Below are positions 15,067 through 21,198 of a stretch of 21,198 bases of DNA, piece after piece. The notes under the pieces were generated by a model, which saw only the letters and a list, made by a program, of their open reading frames with translations, made no database searches and had not been told where the DNA came from. The position numbers were made by a program, and so were the translations under genes. Each line of letters opens with the position of its first letter. Position 1 is the first letter of the stretch. The DNA comes from Candidatus Sysuimicrobiota bacterium (GTDB lineage Bacteria > Sysuimicrobiota > Sysuimicrobiia > Sysuimicrobiales > Sysuimicrobiaceae): assembly GCA_040289515.1 (NCBI GenBank), contig PSLI01000026.1:10650-31847 (forward strand). Direction: 5' to 3'.

Positions 15067-16230
15067 ATGGCCGAGGTCATCATGCCCAAGATGGGCGACG
15101 CCATGACGCAGGGTAAGATCCTCGCCTGGCGCAAGCGGCACGGCGAGCGGGTAGACAAGGGAGAGGTGCTGGCCGAGATCGAGACGGACAAAGTGAACGT
15201 GGAGATCGAGGCGGAGTCCTCGGGCACCCTGCACATCGCGGTGCCCGAGGGCCAGACGGTCCCCGTGGGACAGGTGATCGCTTACATCGACGGCCCTCCC
15301 GCTCAGGCTCCTGCACCGCAGGCAGCCACGCCGCAGCCGGAAGCTTTCGCACCTCCGCCTCCCGCCCCGGCCCCCGCAGCCCCGCAGCCTTCCGAGCGGG
15401 TCAAGGCCTCCCCTCTGGCGCGCCGCATCGCGGCGGAGCGCGGGGTGGACCTGTCCCGCGTGAAGGGCACCGGGCCCGGCGGCCGCATTGTGGAGCGCGA
15501 CGTGCTGGCCTACCTGGAGGCTGCGGCAGCCCCTGCGGAGGCCGACTACGAGGACCTGACCCCGAGTCGCATGCGCCAGGCCATCGCCCGCGTGGTGACG
15601 CAGAGCAAGCAACAAGTGCCCCACTTCTACGTCACCACGGAGGTGGACATGGCCCGAGCCCTGGAGCTGAAAGACCAACTGAGGGAGGCGCTGGGAGAGG
15701 AGGTCCGGGTCACGGTGAACGACCTCCTTCTCAAGGCCACCGCCCTGGCTTTGCGCCGCCACCTCCAGCTGAACGGCCACGTGCGGGAGGACGGCACCTT
15801 CCGCCGCTACCGCCGGGTCCACCTGGGCATTATGGTGGCCACCCCGGACGGGCTCATCGCGCCCGTGCTGAGGGACGCGGACCAGCTTCCCCTGCCGCAG
15901 CTGGCCCGGGAGGCTCGACGGCTCATCGAGGGAGCTCACGCCAAGCGCCTCCGCCAGGAGGAGTACGCGGGAGCCACCTTCTCCGTTAGCAACCTGGGCA
16001 TGTACGAGGTGACCCAGTTCGCGGCCATCATCAACCCTCCCCAGGCGGGCATCCTGGCCGCAGGACGGGCCCAGGAACGGGCCGTGGTGCGATCCGGACA
16101 GGTGGTGGTGCGACCCGTCCTGCAGCTCACCGTGTCCGCGGACCACCGGGTCACGGACGGGGCGGGTGCCGCGGAGTTCCTGGTGGAGGTCAAGCGCCTG
16201 CTGGAGAACCCGATCCTCCTGGTGCTGTGA
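15067..16230 (+). CDS. pdhC: Dihydrolipoamide acetyltransferase E2 with a single lipoyl domain
   Basis: ATG 15067. Lipoyl motif IETDKVNVEI, Pro/Ala linker, peripheral subunit-binding domain ASPLARRIA...GTGPGGRI, catalytic DHRVTDG. Confidence 0.93.
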   Translation: MAEVIMPKMGDAMTQGKILAWRKRHGERVDKGEVLAEIETDKVNVEIEAESSGTLHIAVPEGQTVPVGQVIAYIDGPPAQAPAPQAATPQPEAFAPPPPAPAPAAPQPSERVKASPLARRIAAERGVDLSRVKGTGPGGRIVERDVLAYLEAAAAPAEADYEDLTPSRMRQAIARVVTQSKQQVPHFYVTTEVDMARALELKDQLREALGEEVRVTVNDLLLKATALALRRHLQLNGHVREDGTFRRYRRVHLGIMVATPDGLIAPVLRDADQLPLPQLAREARRLIEGAHAKRLRQEEYAGATFSVSNLGMYEVTQFAAIINPPQAGILAAGRAQERAVVRSGQVVVRPVLQLTVSADHRVTDGAGAAEFLVEVKRLLENPILLVL

Positions 16231-16783
16231 GCTCCTCCAGGGCCTTCCGGTACACCTGGAAGTCCTGAGGGCTCCAGAGCACCATGCGCACCACCTCAAA
16301 AACACCCGGGTGTTCCTGCAAGAACTCCCGCAGGGTCCGCAGGGCCACCCGCGCGGCGCGCTCCACCGGGAAGCCGTACGCCCCCGTGCTGATAGAGGGG
16401 AAGGCCACGGAGCGCAGGCCCCTGCTGCGAGCCAGCTCCAGGCTGGAGCGGTACGCCTTGGCCAGCAGCTGGTCCTCGCCGGCTCCCCCACCCTGCCAGA
16501 CGGGCCCCACCGTGTGGATCACGTAGCGGGCGGGCAGCTTACCCCCCGTGGTGATCACCGCCTCCCCCGTGCCCAGCCGCCGCCCGGGCAGGGTCTGAAC
16601 GATCCGCTTGCACTCCTCCAAGATGGCAGGGCCGCCGGCTCGGTGGATGGCTCCGTCCACGCCGCCCCCTCCCATGAGCGAAGGGTTGGCGGCGTTCACC
16701 ACCGCGTCCACAGCCTGTTGGGTGATGTCGCCCCGGACCAGCTCCAGGACGCCGCCGGGGGTTTGCAGCTGCACCCTATCCAA
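16190..16783 (-). CDS. MacroD/YmdB-type macrodomain protein (O-acetyl-ADP-ribose deacetylase / ADP-ribosylhydrolase)
   Basis: GDIT, VNAANPSLMGGGGVDGAIHRAGG, VIHTVGP, AFPSISTGAYGFP. Probable TTG 16783 start overlapping the ROK stop (alternative GTG 16774). Confidence 0.93.
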   Translation of the reverse strand: MDRVQLQTPGGVLELVRGDITQQAVDAVVNAANPSLMGGGGVDGAIHRAGGPAILEECKRIVQTLPGRRLGTGEAVITTGGKLPARYVIHTVGPVWQGGGAGEDQLLAKAYRSSLELARSRGLRSVAFPSISTGAYGFPVERAARVALRTLREFLQEHPGVFEVVRMVLWSPQDFQVYRKALEELTAPGGSGSPAGA

Positions 16784-17717
16784 CCGCGCTTCCCCCTTCC
16801 CGTCGCTCGCTAGCCAGGTAGGCGGCTCCCACCAGGCCCGCGTGGTCGCCCAAAGCTGCCGGTACCACCCGGACGGCGCGCCATGGCCGGTCGAAGGCCT
16901 GGCTGCGCGCGGCCTCCAGCATCGGGTCGAACAGCCACCGGCCTGCCTGCGCCACCCCTCCCCCAACCACCACCACCTCCGGATTCAAGAGGTTCACCAA
17001 GCCCGCCACGGCCAGACCCAGGTAGGTGCCCGCCCGCCGGAAGGCCTCCCGGGCCAGCTCATCGCCCTCCTCCGCCGCCACCGCCACATCCCGCGCCGAC
17101 AGGGGCTCCTTGCCCGCGAGGCTGCTTCGGCACCCCGCGCGGATCTGTTCTGCTGCCCACCGCGCGATCGCAGGGCCCGAGGCCAGCCCCTCCAGGTGCC
17201 CGCGCCGTCCGCACGAGCACGGGGGGCCCTGCGGGTCCACCACCACGTGTCCTAGCTCCCCCGCGGTATCCGTGGCGCCGCGGTACAGCCTCCCGTCCAG
17301 CACGAGCCCGCCGCCCACCCCGGTGCTCACCGTCAGGTAGACCAGGTGCTGTGCACCCTGCCCTGCTCCCCTCCACCACTCGCCCACGGCCGCAGCGTTG
17401 GCGTCGTTCTCCAACAGCACCGGGCAGCCCAAACGTTCTTGCAGCATCCGGCGCAGGGGTACTTCCCTCCACCCGCGCAAATTTGGCGGTTCGAGCACCA
17501 GCCCCTCCCGCACGCTTAAAGGACCGGGGACAGCCACCCCCACCGTCCCCCGGGGCGGTCCGAACTCCCTTACCAGCCCCGCGATGGCGTCCGCCACCGC
17601 CTCGGGCCCCGCCTGCGGGGTGCGTTCCCGCAGCACCCGCTCCACCTCGCCCTCGGACCCCACCGCCGCCGCCCGGATCCACGTGCCACCCAGGTCCACC
17701 GCCACACGGCGCTGCAC
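16776..17717 (-). CDS. ROK-family sugar kinase (probable glucokinase)
   Basis: GTG 17717 with GGAGGT SD. DLGGT, VPGP, ENDANAAAVGE, STGVGGG, GELGH, CSCGRRGHLE. No N-terminal HTH, so a kinase rather than a repressor. Confidence 0.92.
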   Translation of the reverse strand: MQRRVAVDLGGTWIRAAAVGSEGEVERVLRERTPQAGPEAVADAIAGLVREFGPPRGTVGVAVPGPLSVREGLVLEPPNLRGWREVPLRRMLQERLGCPVLLENDANAAAVGEWWRGAGQGAQHLVYLTVSTGVGGGLVLDGRLYRGATDTAGELGHVVVDPQGPPCSCGRRGHLEGLASGPAIARWAAEQIRAGCRSSLAGKEPLSARDVAVAAEEGDELAREAFRRAGTYLGLAVAGLVNLLNPEVVVVGGGVAQAGRWLFDPMLEAARSQAFDRPWRAVRVVPAALGDHAGLVGAAYLASERREGGSAVG

Positions 17718-17797
17718 CGCGCACCTCCGGGAGGAGGAACGCCTCCCCCGGTGAAAGAATACGGTACGCACGCTCCCGGAGCGCAGGAGGTGAGGGG

Positions 17798-18667
17798 ATG
17801 ACCTACGCGCTGGCCCTCGTGCTGGTGGGCTTGTGGCTCGTGTACGCCTCCGTGAAGATCGTGCGGGAGTACCAGCGGCTGGTGGTGTTCCGGTTCGGCC
17901 GCTCCGTGGGCCAGCGGGGTCCGGGGATCGTGTTCCTCATCCCCTTCGTGGACCGGGCGGTTTGGGTGGACCTGCGGGAGGCCTTCCTGGAGATCCCCTC
18001 GCAGACCTGCATCACCAAGGACAACGCCCCCATCAACATCGACTTCCTCATCTACTGGAAGGTGGTGGAGCCCCAGGCCTCCGTGATCCAGGTGGCGGAC
18101 TTCGCGGGCGCCGCCCGCGGGATTGCCACCACCACCCTGCGCGCCGTCATCGGAGACATCGTGCTGGACGACGTGCTGGCCCGGCGCGAGCAGATCAACC
18201 AGGTGCTGCGGGCCAAGCTGGATGAGGTGACGGAGCGCTGGGGAGTGAAGGTGACCGCGGTGGAGATCCGGGAGATCCTCCCGCCCCGGGAGGTACAGGA
18301 GGCCATGACCCGGCAGATGTCCGCGGAGCGGAACCGCCGGGCGGTGGTGACGGAGGCGGACGGCAAACGGGAGGCCGCCATCAAGGTGGCGGAGGGCGAA
18401 AAGCAGGCGGCGATCCTCAAGGCGGAGGGCGACCGTCAGGCGGCCATCCTGCGGGCGGAGGGGTTCGCCCTGGCCCTGGAGAAGATCTTTAGCGTGGCCC
18501 GCCACGTGGATAGCAAGACCATGACCCTGCAGTACCTGGAGGCCCTCAAGGCCCTGGGCGAAAGCCCCGCCACCAAGTTCGTGTTCCCCATGGAGTTCAC
18601 ACGCCTGCTGGCGCCCCTGGGGGACCTGGCCCAACGGGCGGTGGAAGACAAGGGAACTTCCGGGTAG
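17798..18667 (+). CDS. SPFH/band-7 (stomatin-like) membrane protein
   Basis: ATG 17798 with AGGAGGT SD. N-terminal TM, VVFRFGR, PGIVFLIPFVD, ITKDN, TTLRAVIG, WGVKVTAVEI, QMSAER, repeated AAILKAEG coiled coil. Confidence 0.95.
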   Translation: MTYALALVLVGLWLVYASVKIVREYQRLVVFRFGRSVGQRGPGIVFLIPFVDRAVWVDLREAFLEIPSQTCITKDNAPINIDFLIYWKVVEPQASVIQVADFAGAARGIATTTLRAVIGDIVLDDVLARREQINQVLRAKLDEVTERWGVKVTAVEIREILPPREVQEAMTRQMSAERNRRAVVTEADGKREAAIKVAEGEKQAAILKAEGDRQAAILRAEGFALALEKIFSVARHVDSKTMTLQYLEALKALGESPATKFVFPMEFTRLLAPLGDLAQRAVEDKGTSG

Positions 18668-18675
18668 CTCCCCGT

Positions 18676-19782
18676 CTACACGATGGCCTCGTGGGTCTGC
18701 GCGTTGAACAGGTGCATCTTGCGCAGGTCCAGGGCCACGGTGACCTCGTCGCCCATCTTGGCCGGGCTGTGGGCGTCCACCCGCGCCACCAGGGAGTGAC
18801 CGCCCGCGTCTAGGTACAGAATCACGTCCGAGCCCAAAGGCTCATGTACCTCCACCCTGGCCCGCAGGGTAACGCAGGAGGGCGGCAGCTGGCCGTTCCG
18901 CAGGGCCGCGTCCTCCATGTGCTCGGGACGGATCCCGAAGATGACCCGCTGGCCCTCCCACGGCCGCACGAATTCGTGCAGGTCCGGGAGGATGGGCACC
19001 TGCCAGGTGCCCGCGTCGAACACCAGGGTTCCGTTCTGCTGGCGTACCTGCCCGGGCACGAAGTTCATGGAGGGGCTGCCGATGAACCCTGCCACGAACA
19101 GGTTGGCGGGCTTCTCGTACAGGTTCATAGGGCTGTCCACCTGCTGCACCACCCCGTCCCGCATCACCACGATGCGGTCCCCCATGGTCATGGCCTCCAC
19201 CTGGTCGTGGGTCACGTACACGGTGGTGGTCCGCAGGCGCGTGTGCAGCTTTTTCAGCTCCGCCCGGGTCTGCACCCGCAGGGCCGCATCCAGGTTGCTG
19301 AGGGGCTCGTCCATGAGGAACACCTGGGGCTCCCGCACGATGGCCCGGCCCAGGGCTACCCGCTGGCGCTGGCCGCCGGACAGCTGGCGAGGCTTGCGGT
19401 CCAGCAGGTTCTCGATGCCCAGCATGGCCGCGGCCTCGCGCACCCGCCGGTCGATCTCGGAGGGGGGGTACTTCCGCAGCCGCAGCCCGAAGGCCATGTT
19501 GTCGTACACGGTCATGTGGGGGTACAGGGCATAGTTCTGGAACACCATGGCGATGTCCCGGTCCTTGGGCGGGACGTCGTTGACCAGGCGATCCCCGATG
19601 TAGATGTTGCCCTCCGTGGCCTCCTCCAGCCCCGCGATCAGGCGCAGGCATGTGGTCTTGCCGCACCCGGAGGGCCCCACCAGTACGGTGAACTGCCGGT
19701 CCGGGATCTCCAGGGTTACCCGGCTCACCGCCACCACGGACCCGAACTGCTTGGTCACGTTCTCCAGGTACACGCGCGCCAT
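18676..19782 (-). CDS. CUT1 carbohydrate ABC transporter ATP-binding subunit (MalK/MsmX/UgpC-like)
   Basis: Walker A GPSGCGKT, VFQNYALYPHM, LSGGQRQR, Walker B FLMDEPLSNLD, YVTHDQ, FVAGFIGSP, C-terminal OB/TOBE domain. AAAGGAGG SD. Confidence 0.96.
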   Translation of the reverse strand: MARVYLENVTKQFGSVVAVSRVTLEIPDRQFTVLVGPSGCGKTTCLRLIAGLEEATEGNIYIGDRLVNDVPPKDRDIAMVFQNYALYPHMTVYDNMAFGLRLRKYPPSEIDRRVREAAAMLGIENLLDRKPRQLSGGQRQRVALGRAIVREPQVFLMDEPLSNLDAALRVQTRAELKKLHTRLRTTTVYVTHDQVEAMTMGDRIVVMRDGVVQQVDSPMNLYEKPANLFVAGFIGSPSMNFVPGQVRQQNGTLVFDAGTWQVPILPDLHEFVRPWEGQRVIFGIRPEHMEDAALRNGQLPPSCVTLRARVEVHEPLGSDVILYLDAGGHSLVARVDAHSPAKMGDEVTVALDLRKMHLFNAQTHEAIV

Positions 19783-19812
19783 GCAGGTCCGCCTCCTTTG
19801 CTGTCCCCAAAT

Positions 19813-20874
19813 TCAAGATTCCAGGCGCCGCTTCAACTCGTCAATCACCGTCACGGGGGTGGGGTCCACCTCGTTCAGGATCGCCAGGTACACGCTGGTG
19901 AGGTCTCCGAACAGGACCAAAGACAGGACCCGAGCCAGGCGGCGGCTGCCCTGCGCGTGCACCTCGTGGTAGCCCGCAGCCTCGCCCAGGCTCAGCTGGC
20001 CGGTGATCTCCACCCTTTGAACCAGCCTCCGGGGGTCCTCCGGATCCCGCAGCACCACCACCACAAGCAGCCCCTCCGGCTGCCCCGCCAGGGTCCAGCC
20101 CACCGTCTCGTTGTGGTTCAGCTCCGGGAAGACATTCCACGCGGCGAACACCTTGCTGTTCTCGTTGAGCTGGGTCTTCCACCGCTGGGCCGCCGCCTCG
20201 GACAGGCGGGAGGCCGCGTACACCACGGGGATGCGCCCCGCAAGGGCCCGGGCAAGCTGCTTGGCGGGGTTCTCTCGGGAGGGGACTTGCGGGCCCCAGC
20301 GCGAGGCCAGCTCCCGCAAAAGACCCACTGCCTCCTCCACCTCGTCCGCCAGCCCATCCACCCAACCCCACCGGTAAAGGGCACCCAGCATGGGCCCCAG
20401 CAGGTAACCCAACGCCGCCCGCGGAGGTAGACCCCCGGGGATCCGCACCCACGGGCTGCCCGCGGAGGAAGCGGACTCCAGCAGCCTGCCTCCCGAGGTC
20501 ACCGCCACGCACCGCACGCCGCAGGCGAGGGCTGCCTGGTACGCCGCCAGGGTCTCCTCCGTGTTCCCGGAGTACGAGCATGCGAACGCCACGGTGCCCG
20601 GCCCCACCCACGCGGGCAGGGCATAGTCCTTCACCACGGTAACGGGGAACCCGGCCCGGTCGTACAGCAGCCCCTTCAGCAGGTCACCTCCAATGCCGGA
20701 GCCGCCCATACCCAGGATCAGGAGGTGCTTCGGGGGTGCGTCCGACGGAGGGTCCAGTCGCCGGCCCAGCTCCCACCCCTCCTGCAGGAACTCCGCGGTG
20801 CGCAGCACCAGCCCCAGCATGTCCTGGCGGTCCACCCCGCGGCAACGGTCCGGGTCGTCCAGCAACAGGCTCAT
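19813..20874 (-). CDS. Bifunctional phosphoglucose/phosphomannose isomerase (SIS family); alternative start TTG 20865
   Basis: GMGGSGIGG, SYSGNTEET, TSGG, PRAA, RWKTQLNENSK, PELNHNE, DPTPV..I..LK. The track ORF's extension to 21126 is not protein-like. Confidence 0.93.
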   Translation of the reverse strand: MSLLLDDPDRCRGVDRQDMLGLVLRTAEFLQEGWELGRRLDPPSDAPPKHLLILGMGGSGIGGDLLKGLLYDRAGFPVTVVKDYALPAWVGPGTVAFACSYSGNTEETLAAYQAALACGVRCVAVTSGGRLLESASSAGSPWVRIPGGLPPRAALGYLLGPMLGALYRWGWVDGLADEVEEAVGLLRELASRWGPQVPSRENPAKQLARALAGRIPVVYAASRLSEAAAQRWKTQLNENSKVFAAWNVFPELNHNETVGWTLAGQPEGLLVVVVLRDPEDPRRLVQRVEITGQLSLGEAAGYHEVHAQGSRRLARVLSLVLFGDLTSVYLAILNEVDPTPVTVIDELKRRLES

Positions 20875-20971
20875 AGTAAAAGACTTCGCCGACCACGGCC
20901 CGGACCCCTCCGCAGCCAGCAACTTCGAAAGCGCCGTGCGGGGCCCGCAGCGGGGCGCTAAACTGCCCTTG

Positions 20972-21198
20972 ATGAAGCGCTGTGTGCTGGCCGCCCTGGC
21001 GGAACCCGAGCATGCAACGGTCGCCCTGAGGTTGCTGCGGCCCCTGGCCCGCGCCTGGCAGCGGAAGGCGGTGCTGTGCCACGGGGTGGCCGTCCCGCCT
21101 GACCAGCCCCTGAGCACCGCGGCCACCGCGGTGCAGCACGCGCGGGGGGTTCTGGAGGCCGCGCTGCGGCAGCCCGGGGCGGCCCCGGCGCGGGTTCT
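20972..21198 (+). CDS. Partial CDS with a universal-stress-protein-like N-terminus, truncated by the window edge
   Basis: Open to the window end: MKRCVLAALAEPEHATVALRLLRPLARAWQRKAVLCHGVAVPPDQPLSTAATAVQHARGVLEAAL. The beta-alpha-beta-alpha pattern is USP-like. TAAACT (20959-20964) lies 7 nt before the ATG. Confidence 0.6.
   Translation, partial: MKRCVLAALAEPEHATVALRLLRPLARAWQRKAVLCHGVAVPPDQPLSTAATAVQHARGVLEAALRQPGAAPARV

Noticed and set aside
15290..15395. Pro/Ala/Gln low-complexity repeats in pdhC
   Set aside because: This is the ordinary flexible E2 linker.
15067..16783. Macrodomain beside a lipoyl protein as a SirTM / Zn-macrodomain / GcvH-L system
   Set aside because: There is no sirtuin, GcvH-L or lipoate ligase here, the macrodomain shows no Zn-binding insertion, and the genes are convergent.

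Overview
GC-rich (visually about 70%) bacterial chromosomal window, densely coding and mostly housekeeping. I see no tRNA, rRNA, CRISPR array, transposase or phage gene. Order: LysM-M23 peptidase (partial, -), rho (-), transaldolase (-), SLH surface protein (-), small coiled-coil protein (-), argS (+), decayed COG2403-family pseudogene (+), htrA (-), secreted unknown protein (-), a seven-gene accD-accA-accB-accC-pdhA-pdhB-pdhC run without E3 (+), macrodomain (-), ROK kinase (-), SPFH (+), orphan sugar ABC ATPase (-), bifunctional PGI/PMI (-), and a partial USP-like gene (+). The host looks like a thermophilic Terrabacteria lineage (Armatimonadota/CSP1-3-like is a guess). No clear novel multi-gene system stands out. 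The best leads are: a BsuPI-like domain inserted inside an SLH repeat; a Thermus-type ArgRS coupled to a decaying COG2403 (arginine-synthetase-like) gene; an internally duplicated secreted protein of unknown function upstream of htrA; a hairpin covering the SD of the LysM-M23 gene; repeated leaderless or bidirectional -10 architectures; and a possible ATT start for rho. All family assignments are from motif recognition by eye, with no database search.
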